Below are positions 44,646 through 56,897 of a DNA stretch of 64,000 bases, piece by piece. The notes below the pieces were generated by a model that had not been told where the DNA came from, did not search any database, and worked only from the letters and a program-made list of their open reading frames with translations. The stretch is from Mantamonas sphyraenae STR306 (Eukaryota > Protista > CRuMs), in the NCBI GenBank assembly GCA_026936335.1, contig JAPMXV010000020.1, forward strand, positions 62,001-126,000, read 5' to 3'. A program made the position numbers and the translations under genes. How positions within the stretch are numbered: position 1 is the first letter of the stretch; each line of letters starts with the position of its first letter.

Positions 44646-46343
44646 ATGGGCAAGGAGCGAACGCGGAAAAAGGGCAAGCGGCAGACGCTGGAACACCAGA
44701 TCCGCTCACAGTATGAGGTGGATCCGGAGCTGGAAGAGAAGAAACGACGCCGACGACGCGGAGGACGAAGCGAGGAGGATGCGAACAACGGCGAGGAGGA
44801 CGACAACGCAGAGGTGAGTTGTTTGTTTTGGGTTCGATGGAAACACACACGGATGGTGCAGGTGGAAGATGGCCATGGGCGATGATGAGATGGAGGAGGA
44901 GGGTGGGCAAGGGGCAAAGGCCGTAGTTGAGGGGGGCGGATTTTTCATTGGGAAGCGACGCATGCGCGTGGTCGAGGCGTGCGTGTCAGCGGACAGGGAG
45001 GAAGGGAGGAAGAGAAACGGAGGAGAGGGATACACTGACACACATGCGTTGCATCATGACAGGAGTTTGTGGACACAACGCTGTCGACAAAGATCCTTAT
45101 GCAGGCGCGAGAACAACAGGACGAGATCGAACGGGAAGACGCAGGGGAGACGGAGCACACGGCAGCCTCGTCGGTGGACCGAAGCAGCGGCGTGGTGCAT
45201 CTGCGTTACGACACATCCAAGGACAACGGCAGCAGCAGCAGCAGCAGCAGTAGCAGTAGCAGTAGCAGTGGCAATGGTGGAGGAAGAAGGGACAGCGATT
45301 CGGAGGAGGAGGAGGAGGAGGAGTATGTGGTGGATTTGGACAGTGACGACGACGAGGACGACGGAGAGTATGGGTTCAACGTGAAGGACGAGCAAGAGTA
45401 CAAGGCGTTGATGTCGTCGCTGGACGAGATGGACAACGAAGATGCGCGTGCGGTGCAGATGTTCCTGCGGGCCAAGAACGGAGGACAGGCCAAGAAGCCA
45501 CGCATGCTGGCAGACATTGTGATGGCACGTCTGGCGGAACAGCAGGAGTCGGAGGGCCAGAGTCGCAAGAAGGAGAGCCCGTTGGAAGGGAGGGCACGTG
45601 AGGTGTACCGCAAGGTGGGCACGCTGCTCAAGCGATACAAGAGCGGCAAGCTGCCCAAGGCTTTTATGGTCATTCCCATGCTGGAGACCTGGGAGGAGAT
45701 GCTGTACCTGACCAACCCCCACGAGTGGAGCGCACAGGCCATGTACAAGGCAGTGCGCATCTTTGTGTCCAACATGAAGCCCGAGATGCTGCAGCGCTTT
45801 CTCAACCTGGTGTTGCTGCCTCGTGTGCAACAAGACATTGAGGAGAACCAGAAGCTGAACTTTCACATGTATCTGGCGCTGAAGAAGGCGCTGTTCAAGG
45901 CGGAACCGTTCATCAAAGGGTTCCTGCTGCCACTGTGCGAAAGCATGTCGTGCACACTGCGTGAAGCACGCATCATTGGGTCGGTGCTGCAAAAGCTGAG
46001 TGTGCCTCGCATCCACGCAAGCGCAGCCATCACCCTGATTGCCGACCTGGATTACTCGCCGGCAAACAGCATGTTTATTGGCATTCTGCTGGACAAGGGC
46101 TACAACCTGCCCTACCAGACCATCGACGCACTGGTGGCCCACTTTCAGCGCTTTGCAGGCGTCGACTTTACCATGCCCGTCGTCTGGTTCTCGTGCTTCC
46201 TCATCTTTGCCCAGAGTTACAAGAAGGAGATCACTCTGGAGCAGCGGGAGCAGCTCAAGTATGTGCTCAGGCGGCAGCACCACCACTTTTTCACAGACGA
46301 GATCCGCAGGGAGCTGTTTTCGGTGCATTTGGAAGCCGAATGA
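44646..46343 (+). CDS. BYSL: Bystin/Enp1, 40S biogenesis factor
   Basis: Intron 44814-45062. LSTKILMQAREQQDE, YKSGKLPKAF, LNFHMYLALKKALFK, CTLREARIIGSVL. Confidence 0.95.
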
Positions 46344-46386
46344 AATTCATTTCACCCTTTGTGCAATTCGAATGCTGGAGCAGAGC

Positions 46387-47547
46387 TCACAACAGCAATT
46401 CGGAAGAGTCGACGTGGAAGGTGGGATGCTCTTTGTCATCCCCTTTGTCGTTGTCGCTGCCGAGGCTGCTCGTGTGTGCTTCGACCACGGCGGCGAGGGC
46501 GTCCAGGAGGCGTTGGTGCACGGCAATGCCAAAGCCATCGATGGATTGGGAAGCAGCCTGAGTGCGTCCATCGACGACGCCTGTGCTTTCCAGGGTGTCC
46601 AGCAGCTCCTGCTCCTGGTCGGAAGTGACGAGGATGCCGTCTGCGTCGTTGTCGCCTTGGAGCAGCGCAAGGCCAGCAGCAATAGCGTAGCCTGCCCAAT
46701 TGGAAACGCCGACGGCAAGGAGATGGGTGCATGTGGTGTGTGCAGCAATGGTTTCGCCTTTGTCGATGTGTTTGTGGACGAGTTCCAGCACGTTGCCCAT
46801 GCCAATTTCGTTGCCGCCGTCTCCAATGCCCAGGGTGTAGATGTGTTCATCCCAGCCACGGGCACTCACAAGATCAAAGATGCGTTCGATGCGGCCGTTG
46901 AATTCAGAAACGTCGTGGCCACGCATGTTGTACAGGGCGCCGTCCTGGGCAGCCCCGAGGCGTTCAATCGCCACGAGTGCATCGTACTTGCCGTACGGGT
47001 GTTCGTCATCCACCATACAACACATTCTGGGCAATGTACTCATCCAACAGGTCTCGGTCAGGAACAATGCGCTTGTGCTCAGCGGCCATCTTGAGCATCA
47101 CCAAGTCGTCCTCATCCTCACGAACGGGACCGGGGAAGAGGATGAGGCCGATCGAATGCGATTGTTGGAGTTCCATGGTGGACAATGACACAAGCAGACT
47201 CTGATAGTTGAGCGGGTCGACAATGAGGTCGACGGCTTTTCCGCACTTGTTCAGGGCTCGGGCACTGCCGAGGGAATTCCGTGTGAGGGGGTGGATTGAC
47301 AGCGGCAATGGAAGCGAAAGTGGGTGTCAACTCACATGGCGAGAGCGCCAAGGGGACCATCCGTCTCGGGACCATGGCAGGATGGGATGTAGAAGCCCGT
47401 GGTGATCAGGACGCTTTGGGCATCGGCCAGACGTCGCACAGCAGCAGCCAAAGTGCCCTGCTGCAGGTCAGCCAGGGGGCCAATGCCTCGTTGGCCAGGA
47501 TCCTGACAGATCCACTGTTCGATGGTTGCGAGCGTGTCTGAGGACAT
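46387..47547 (-). CDS. D-glutamate cyclase-like (DUF4392) protein; frameshift near 47010
   Basis: Intron 47265-47335. QDPGQRGI, VLITTGF, ETDGPLGA, VAIERLG...YNMRG, GIGDGGNEIGMG, VGVSNWAGY. Confidence 0.85.
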
Positions 47548-47598
47548 GAGAGCGTTTTTGATTTGCGCAGGTGTGCGCATACAACACGCAAAGGTCAA

Positions 47599-48628
47599 AT
47601 GAGCCGACGATCAGAGGGTTCGTCTGGAAAGGTGGGGAAAGCAGGAGTGGACGTGTCACATCCTCCGCTGCTGGAACTGAGACACACTGGGACAGGGGAC
47701 CGGATAGGGTGCGCTGTTCACGCGGTGCTGAGCAACCTGGATCTGCGCATGCTGCTGCTGCAAATGGAGGAATCCAGTGGCGTGTGCAAATGGCTGAGGG
47801 AAACCATGTTTCTCATGTACGCTGGTGAGCAGTGGGAGTTGCAGGAGTTGCCGGAAGTGGCACGGTCGAACACAGAGCCGTATTTCATGCTGATTGAAGC
47901 TGTGAACAGCGAAGCGGATCGGCTGGGGTTGGAAAAGGTGGGCGTATCGACAACCACGCAATGGCTGCGCTGCTGTTCGTGTTCCACAGTGCGCGGAGAG
48001 GTGGCGAACGAGCTGCCGTGGTTTTCTTTGTCTGCGAAAATGGGCAGCCTGGAAGGTGCGTTTCGAAACAGAATCCATGGCGGGATTGCTGACGAAGCCA
48101 CATGTGACCAATGTGGACCTGGCTGTAGTTTGGCGTTCTGGTACCCGGTTGAGACGATTGCAGACCGCCTGTTGATTGAGTTACAGCCGCTGGGAGTTTT
48201 CCTTTGAAACGTTTGAGCCTTTCACACTGTATGATGCGGTGGAAGTCCCGCTTCGGTTTGCGTTTGACCCTTTGTTGGGTCTGATTGACTTGAATGTGAT
48301 CACGTATGGGGAAGGCCACGCGTGGATGACCGGGAAAGACCAGATGGTCGACTTGAGGGTCAAAGAAGACAGTGAGTACGTGTATGCACTGGAATCGGTG
48401 GTGAGTCACACGGGAATGTTCGATGCAGGCAACTCCCAATCCATTTTCGTGGATGCGGAGACCGGCGTGTGGTACCGGGAGCCGCAGGGGATGGAATCCA
48501 TGGCTGGCGAGGGCACTTTCCAACCGATGACAGAAGAGGAGGCGCAAGAGTGGATCAACTATTACAACGCAGGCAAGGGGCGCTTCATCGAGTATGTGAC
48601 CTACCGCAGGGAGAAGCGAGAAGAATGA
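47599..48628 (+). CDS. Divergent USP (C19)-fold protein, probably catalytically inactive; frameshift near 48200
   Basis: Cys-box-like GCAVHAVL; Zn-finger pairs RCCSC and CDQC; IADRLLIELQ; His-box-like YALESVVSHTGMFDAGNS...WY. Confidence 0.55.
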
Positions 48629-48674
48629 AATGAAAGAGCGAATTGATTGGGATTGTTTCCTCGTCGCCTTCCCA

Positions 48675-50135
48675 TCACTTCTTGCGGGTGGCAGCAAGCT
48701 CGGGCGCAGTGAGCTCGAGCAGATGCTCAAAGGTAAACAGGGTGATGCCAAACAGGGGCGAAATCATGAGCATACGCGCTCCGGAGCCCTTGAAGAGGGC
48801 GGCCACGCCTTCCTGGCGCACAATGCGCAGAAAGGTGTTCTTTGTACCCACATAGGCTTCCTGGCCCTCGGCAGGCTCGACCTGCATGCGAGTCTTGACG
48901 ACGTCACCCGGGGTGCCGATGACTGCGGCAACCACGCCTGCACCCACGCTGGCGGTCATCAGGCCCACCTCGCTCAGATGTCCGTTCTCGTCCGTAAAGT
49001 GACGCTTGAGTTGGGTGTACAGCGCAAAGTAGGCACCGGTAAACGGGATGTCACGCAGCCAGCAGGCGCCGGCGCCGCGGAAGAGTCCGCGCACTCCGAG
49101 TTCGCGGACCACCTGCATGGGGCTCTTGCGCTTGATGGCAGCCTCTGCCTCGCTGAGACCGTCCAGTTGCAGAGACTGCACCTGCATGCGGATCTTGACC
49201 AGCTCGTACGGGTTGGTGGCGACCACCTGCAGGAACCCGGCCGTGCTGTGGGTCCGGGAACGGGGGAACGGGGGAACAGGGGGAAGCCGGATGTCCATGG
49301 AGGTGTGTGTGCGTACGTGCGTACGTGTGTTAGCCGTGTATGTCGGTGGGTGGGGTGTGAGGGCCAAGAAGCTGTGAGAACGAGAAAGTGAGAGCCCAAC
49401 GTACCAGCCTGCAGTGATATCAACCCAGAGAGGCGATTCCTTGGCCCCTTGTGGGGTCAGCTTGTCACGAACCATCTCATTGATGGTGAGCTTGATGGCT
49501 TTCTCAGGCATGATGCCGACCACCTGCGTGGGCAGGCCCTTGTACAAGCCCAGCACGCCGTCCTTGCTGACGATCTTCTTGGCGCAGTCCATCATGTTAT
49601 TGTACATCTTGGGTTGGCCAGGCACGGTTTTCTGAAACACAGACAGCAAGCCAGGTCCAGGGTGACGGGCACAGGGAGGGAGGGTGTGTGAACAGACCGG
49701 CGTGGGCCAAAAGCAAGGAGAAGGGGCGGTTTCTGGGCTCCCGCGCGTCTACCCGGCGGACGCGACGTTTTTCCCGGCTTCGGGCAGACTTACCTGGTTT
49801 TGCATGCGGGTCTTGACCATGTCGATGGGGTAGATACAACTGGCAGCTACGGCGCCAGAGACACCGCTGATGGCGAGGTACTTGGCTGTGGCCACGAGGG
49901 TCTTGGGCTTGGGCTTCCCGGGAGGTCCCGAGCTCTTTGACGAGTCGTTGCCTTCCTGAGCCGAGTAGGCCACGGGAGACAGCGTCAACGCGCTGCTGTG
50001 GTCTGCAAACACGTTCCCAGACACACTTGTGGCGAACGCCGACGTGGAGCTGGAGTTGCGAGCGAAAATGGCTGAAAGATGGGGTGCGGGAGGCAGCGCG
50101 GCCGGCCACCTGACCGCTTGGATTTGGATGGCCAT
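48675..50135 (-). CDS. Mitochondrial carrier (SLC25), glutamate/aspartate-glutamate carrier-like
   Basis: Exons 50135-49794, 49631-49405, 49245-48675. Three PxD/ExxK motifs (YPIDMVKTRMQNQ, NPYELVKIRMQ, TPGDVVKTRMQ); PEKAIKLT, LRDIPF, SPLFGIT. Confidence 0.9.
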
Positions 50136-50344
50136 CGTTTTGTTCTGTCATTCGACACACACACACACACACATACCGAGGGAACGTACAGTGAGGGGAG
50201 GGAGGGGATGTTGGATGATGATGGAGCAGTTCATTGCTGTGTCGTTCAAAGTCGCAGCACACACGCCCCTGGTTGTGGGTTGTTGCGTGTGTGCGTGTGT
50301 GTGTTCTCGTGTGTGTGTGCGTGTCACATCCTGAGTGGGGTGAC

Positions 50345-51784
50345 TCACCACTCCTCAAACAGATCCTTGAAAGCACTGGATGAGGTGCTGGAGGAGCTCT
50401 TGAGCTCCTGCTCGTCGAGCTCGTCCTCGGGATAGTCGTCAAAGTTGGAGGTGTCATCCTCGGATGAGGTGGTGGGCACAAACGGAGTCTCGAGCTGCTT
50501 GTGCACGAGCTCCTTCCAGTCCAGGCCCTGGAACCAGGGGTGCTTCTTGATGTCCTCGGCTCCGTTCTTCAGGTTACCCAAGCGCTTCGTCAGGTCGACC
50601 GTGAGCAGCTTCTTGATGAGATCCTTGCTGACGACGTCAAAGTGCGACGGGAAGTACAGCTTGCCCTTGAGAATCTGCTTGTAGATTCCAAACGGGTCCT
50701 CGTCATAGAACGGGGTGTAACCGGCCAGCATTTCGTAGATGAGCACACCCACGCACCACCAGTCCACAGACTTGCCGTAGCCCTTGCCGCGGATAATCTC
50801 CGGCGCCACGTACTCTGCGGTTCCACAAAAGGTGAACGTTCTGTGCAGGGGCCGTGTCGTCGAGTTGGGTCAGTGGCAGGAGAAGGGCGTGCTGAGTTCC
50901 GCAAAAAATCGAAACGAGAGGGAAATTCGCGAACGCCAAAACAAGCGGAAAGCAAAGCGCGTAGAATATGCCACCATTGCCTGCAAGGGCATGTGCAGAC
51001 TCCATAGCCAAGGGTGACGCGAGCGCATCCACGTGGCCATAAGCTGCCTAGCATAGGTGGTCGTGAGGTCGCGTGACGGCGCCCTTGGCCACAAAAGGAA
51101 GTCTGCGAGAGGGACAATTTGCGCCATCGCTCCGCAAGGCAAGAGGGAAACGAGTGTGCCTCTGCAGGCTGCACAAACTTACTTGTTGTACTCCACCATC
51201 TTGGCGAAGCCAAAGTCGGTGATCTTGATGTGGCCGTCGTGGTCGAGCAGCAGGTTCTCGGGCTTGAGGTCGCGGTACATAATGTTCTTGTGGTGCAGGT
51301 ATTGAAAGGCGAGGGAGATTTCGCCCGCATAGTAGCGTGCACGGGGCACATCGAACCGCCTGTTCTTGCGCAGGTGGTGGAACAGTTCTCCGCCACGCAC
51401 ATACTCAAACAGCATGTACAGGTTGTACTTGTCTTGAAAGGTTCGGTACAGGTTTACAATGAACGGGTGGCGGATGGACAGCAGGATTTTGCGCTCGTTC
51501 TCCACGTGCTCCACCTGCTTCAGGCGCACAATTTCGGCCTTTTGCATCTGCTTCATGGCAAACACACTACCGGAAGCCTCGTGCTTGCACAGGCGCACAC
51601 GTCCAAAAGTGCCTGTGCCCAGTGTGGTCGTCGCCACAAGATCGTCAAAGTCGAGGTCCGAAAGCATGGCCTCAAACTCCTCGTCGACGTCGCCCGTGTA
51701 TTCGGCTTCGTCAGATCCATCGTCCTCCTTCCCCTTCACCAGGGAGCTCATCTTGGATTTGAAGCTTGTAAGCCGCTTGGACAT
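50345..51784 (-). CDS. cAMP-dependent protein kinase catalytic subunit (PKA-C/PRKX-like)
   Basis: Intron 50841-51182. GTGTFGRV, IVRLKQVEHV, YRDLKPEN, DFGFAK, TFCGTAEYVAPE, DTSNFDDY, C-terminal FEEW. Confidence 0.93.
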
Positions 51785-52015
51785 CGCGAGAAAAACCTGG
51801 TTGACCCCGTGCAGCAGCGAACTTTGCAAGGGCTCCGGTTTGAGCATCGTCAAACTGCAGTCCGACCAGACTGACCACATGAGATCACATCGAGGCATGC
51901 GCAGTGTGTTTCATCCAGAGACAGCACGAAGCCGGGAGGAAGAAGCAGAGGGGCCCGAGATGGCAAAAACCAAATCCGCTCGAAAAACGCTCGCAGGAGC
52001 CGAACAGCCCAAAAA

Positions 52016-55000
52016 ATGCCTCGCGTGACCCCTCTGCACAGAACGGAGCAGCAAGGGGTGCTTGGCGACACAGAAGGTGATGAGAGACGGCATCAGTTGC
52101 AGCCGAACGACTCGTTGGTGCAACTGATGCGCGTGTCAGCGTCGTCGCGGGAATCCATGTTCTCACGTGTTTCGGGAAACAAAACACGTAGCCAGACACA
52201 TGTGCCCGACGCATCGCGCATGGACTTTCTGTCCACCATGCGGGCTGTCGATCCAGAGGCGAAAAGTCGCTGGCAAGCACCGGAAATGGAAGCGGAACTC
52301 GCTCAAAAGCGTGCATGGTTCTCCCCCACGGCATTCGCCTTGCCGATGATGGAGACTCGCTTCTGGACATCTGTGATTGCGCGCACCAACCACATTACAG
52401 CCATCCTACTGTGTATTACCATATCGTTGTCGTGGTTGGTCAGTGTGGCCGACCCACACCCGTCCTCGAAAATGGGCTTCCTTGGTTTGGAGCTGAAATT
52501 GCAAACACGCGTCATCCACACTGTGCTGGCTTTGACGTGGGTCATGCTCACCCTGGGGGTTCAGGTGCGTGCACGCATGTTCATTCAGACGCTGCGTGAG
52601 CGAGAGCGTGCTCGTGAGCGAAATACGTCGGAAAGCGAGAATGAGCACAAAGGCGCCGGTGGAGATGTGCACAGCAACGAACGGAGCACAACGGACAACC
52701 TGTCGTCCGCGCCGACGACACGGCCGCCCAGCAGCGCGCTGAAGCCGACCATTGTAAATACGGAGATGGGCGCAGGACGCATGCGCACCTCAAACAGCCG
52801 TCAGACGCGGTTGTACTTGACGCCGGTGACTCCTGCGCCGCCGAGCAAGGGAAGCGTTTCTCGAACGGCTAGTTCGCGCACCTCGCACGGCCAGCTGTCG
52901 GGATCCACAATCGACACAGGGGAAGAGGATCGATTGCCACTGCGTGCACGCAACCTTTTGTACTTCTTCTTCGGTGCACAGATTGTTCTTGTGCAGGTGC
53001 TGTTGCTGAATGTGATCGGTGCCCGCGAGGAACTGGGCGACCCGCTGACCTTTATGCTGGACCCTTTTGGCATCCAGGTGCTCATCCTGTTTGTCAACAT
53101 GCCCTCCACGCTGCTGGTGGTCCAGTTTGTGCCCATGTATGTGGTCCGTCTGTGGCTGCTTCTTCATCCCGCGGGTGACCTAGCCACGCAGCTTGTACAG
53201 CTGACCCAACTGGTTATCCTCACCTCTGTGCTCTACACAAATGCCCTCATTGTATATTCTCGAGAGAGCAGCGAACGCACCGAGTTTAAAGAACGACGCA
53301 GCCGCTCGGCTGCACGACGACGTCTGAGCCAGCAGGCCACGGGCACGATGAAAATCCTGTCTCGATTGCTGCCGGAAAGTGTGATTATGCGCCTGTTGAA
53401 ACAGCCCGAGGAGATTGCAGACCTGTACGCAGAGACGACGGTGCTGTTTGCACGCTTCAGCGTGTGCGAGCTTGCGGCGGCGCGCATCACACAAGTGGTG
53501 GTGGACATCATGCAGGAGTTCACCCCGCTTCTGGACAAGCTGATTGTGCAGTACGACATCGAAAAGGTGAAAACGGTGGGGCTGACGACAATTGTGAGCG
53601 CTGGCGTGCCGATTCGCCGCTCCGACCACGCCCACGCCATCGCCGACTTTGCTCTGGACCTGCGCGATCTGGTGAAGCGCTTCAACGAGGATGTGGTGGA
53701 CCGTGAGCCGTTGTACGTGCGCAACGTATACACACGCTACGGCATGCAGCTGCCCGATGGAGTCGATGTGGAAAAGATCCCCCCGTTGCAGGTGACCATC
53801 GGCATGAGCAGCGGCCCGCTGGTGGCCGGTGTCATGTCTACCTCTGGCCTTTCGTGGGACATCTTTGGGGACACAGTCAATGTGGCGTCGCGCATGGCCA
53901 CACACAGCAAGCCGGGAGTGATTCTGTGCTCAGACGCGTCGTTCTATCGACTCCGCGACGAGTACCTGTTTCAATCGCAGCCCGAACGCTACATCAAGGG
54001 AAAGGGCAACATGCACACGTATATACTGGAACGCAGCCGCGCGGACGAGCTGCCGGTCTTCAACTGGCTGCCTGTGGACGCGTATGGACGAGCGATCCAC
54101 GACCCACAACACCACGGCCGTTCGCCCGGCGCAGGCGTGTCGCCGTCACAGTCACACGACGGAACCATGAGTCCACGCACGAGTGCCAGCAAGGTGTCGA
54201 GCAAACACTCGTCGCCTGCCTTGACTCCCGCGGTTTCCGGAAGGGCGTTTGAGGAAGGCCATGATGTGGCAGACCAGACGTCCCTGCGTGCAGACGATCA
54301 GAACAATGGGAGCACAAGCGTAGCGCCGCGGGTGCAGAGCTCGGGAGGTGTGGTTGTCAACGGACGACTGTTTCCAAATGCTGGAGACATGGAGGTTGTG
54401 GACATGGCGCAGGAGGCGGATCAGGATGTGTTGGGCGATTTGGTGACGCTGAACAGATCGCACATGGGTCGTACGGGTATGGCTATTGAACCTGTGCGTC
54501 TGGTGCACGTGGATTCCGCCGAAAGCGCAGGGACAGAAGATTCACGTGTCGACGCAGGGTCGTTTCATTCGCTGCGAACGCCCGTGAAGAGCATGTCCAT
54601 GGACACAGACTTGACAGACGGTGATGCAGGGCTTGAGCCGATGCCCGTGGACTTGAGTGGCACCACATACACGCCTGTGTCGCTGGCAATGCGGCGATCG
54701 ACGCTGGACTCGGGCAGGTTCCGTGAGCTGGCGGCAGCGATTGCACCCAAGATTGTGGTGGATCGTGATGACGTTGCGAGTGGAAGCGCAAGAGTGTGCG
54801 AAGGAAGAGCAAGGGAATGGGCGAAGACGGCACAGAGGCAGGCGAGAGTGGCAGCGGAGGACACCGGACAGTGGACGACGACGAAGAGGAAGAGGAAGAA
54901 GACGAGGAGGAGGAAGACGAAGAGGAGGACGACGAGCACGAAGAGCAAGACACGGACATGGGCAGTGACAGTCATTCATTGGTGTCGTGGAACCCATCTG

Positions 55001-56847
55001 TGGCGGGTCGACCGAGTGCAAGCCGCACAGGAGCATGGTTGACTGGATCGGCGTCGGGTGTGACGTCCAAGTTTGGTGGGAACCGGGAGCAGCCGCCGAA
55101 GCTGGAGGGGGTGGCTGAATACGAAGGAGAGGGCAATGAGGGTTCGTTGCTGCCAGAAGACTCGCCTGCGGGCATGTCGTCGTATCGCATGTACCGACGC
55201 TCGCGCACGCGTGTGTCCCATCGCAATTCGGGCCGCACGAGCGCGCACACAAGCGACAGACGCGGGGCGGAGCGGGAGGAGCGTGTGAGCGGCAGCGACG
55301 TCAATCTCCTGTATCGAGTGGTGCAAGTTGTATCGCAGTCCAACACAGAGGTGCAGCGACAGTATGACGATCACACACACGAAGAGATGCCGGACATTCA
55401 CCCGCTGACGCTGCGCTTCCAGGGCAAGGATGCGTTGCTGGAGGCTACGTTTGTGCCTCCGTTGCGCAACATGGACGAGCAGATGCTGGTGATGACGTGG
55501 ATCCAGGGCCTGTGGTTGTTCTGTGCCGGGATGGTGCAGACATCTGCGATCATTGTGGGCGTGGAGCAGTCCAAGCGCGAAGTTCTGATTGGCGAGACCG
55601 TACTTTGGTGTATGGTGGCCTTGGCACTGATGATGGGTGTGTTTGCACGGCGTGTACTCGCGCACGACCGCATGGTGGGCTTCAGTGTGCGCAGGTACGT
55701 TCTGATGCAGTCGATCTTGGTGGCCATTGGCCTGCTGCAGTTTTGCGGCACCACGCGCACATCGGCGGGCTTGTATCTCGTGATCAGCTTTGTGTTTCTG
55801 CCTTTGGTGTTCAACAGTGTCACCGTGCGTCGTCTGCTGCTTTGGAGTCTGCTGCTGAACGTCGGAGTGTGGATCACATTTCTCTACCAACCCACTGGTT
55901 GGACGGCCGACGCCATTGTGGAGCAGACTTCAGAGGACGACGGCTTGTTTGCGATGCAGAATGGCAGCCTGTGGGTGGGTATGGCCATGCGCTTGCTTGC
56001 TCTGGGTGTGCTGTGCACGTTGTTTGCGCTCGCTGCAGCCTACAGTATGGAGCTGCAGGCACGTGTGCTGTTCTACCGCGCCTACAAGAAGCGTGGCTTT
56101 GATGCACAGCTGCGTGCACAGGCCGATGTGTTTGAACTCCTGCTTGCGCAGACGTTGCCAGCACCTATTCTGCGCATGGTGCGCCGCAAAGCAAAGTCGT
56201 TCAGTGTGCAGTTTAACAATCCGACGGTGATGCTGTTGGATATTGCTGATTTCACGCGCATTTCCTCGTTCCTGTCTGCAGAGGAGGTTGTGCAGCTGCT
56301 GGCGAGGCTGTTTGGTCTTATCGACCGCAGCATCGGCCAGAACGGCGTGTTCAAGATCAAGAACATTGGTGACGCGGTGATGGCGGCCAGCAACCTCAGC
56401 AACAGCGATAACGCGGAGCGTGGGGCCATTGCCATGGCCGATGTTGCCTTGGAGGCGCTGGAGGCCGTGGCTGAGTTCAACGAAAGCCCCTTTCGGCGAC
56501 GGCTTGGCATCAAGCCGTTGCGCGTGCGCATTGGCCTGAGCAGCGGTCCGGCAAGCGCCATGTGTGTGCTGGGCAAGAACAAGTTTTCGTTTGATCTGTT
56601 TGGTCAGGTGATGGACGAAGTGGGCAGGATGGAGGCAGGGGCGATTCCCGGCAACGTGCGTCTGGGCAACGCCACCTATCTCATGCTGCGCAACCATTAC
56701 CACATTGCAGACATGGGCAAGCAAGGCAAGTATCTGTTGCATCACAACAGTGAGTGCCCCGTCGGCGATCGTGAAACCTGCCTCGATTCGTTTGTCCTCG
56801 TCGACGAGGACATAGAAGCCGACGTCACTGTGTCCGACAGCATGTGA
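52016..56847 (+). CDS. Class III membrane nucleotidyl cyclase with two TM blocks and two cyclase domains; frameshift near 54785
   Basis: Domain 1: IEKVKTVG, IGMSSGPLVAGV, WDIFGDTVNVASRM, IKGKGNM. Domain 2: LLDIADFT, KIKNIGD, RIGLSSG, FDLFG. Confidence 0.88.
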
Positions 56848-56897
56848 GAGAGGGGAGGAGAGCGGGGAAAGAGACTGAAGATGCGACAAATGTACGT

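Noticed and set aside
47330-47340. In-frame TGA (selenocysteine or readthrough) after ETDGPLGALAM
   Set aside because: It is the GTGAGT donor of a 71-nt intron that restores the frame.
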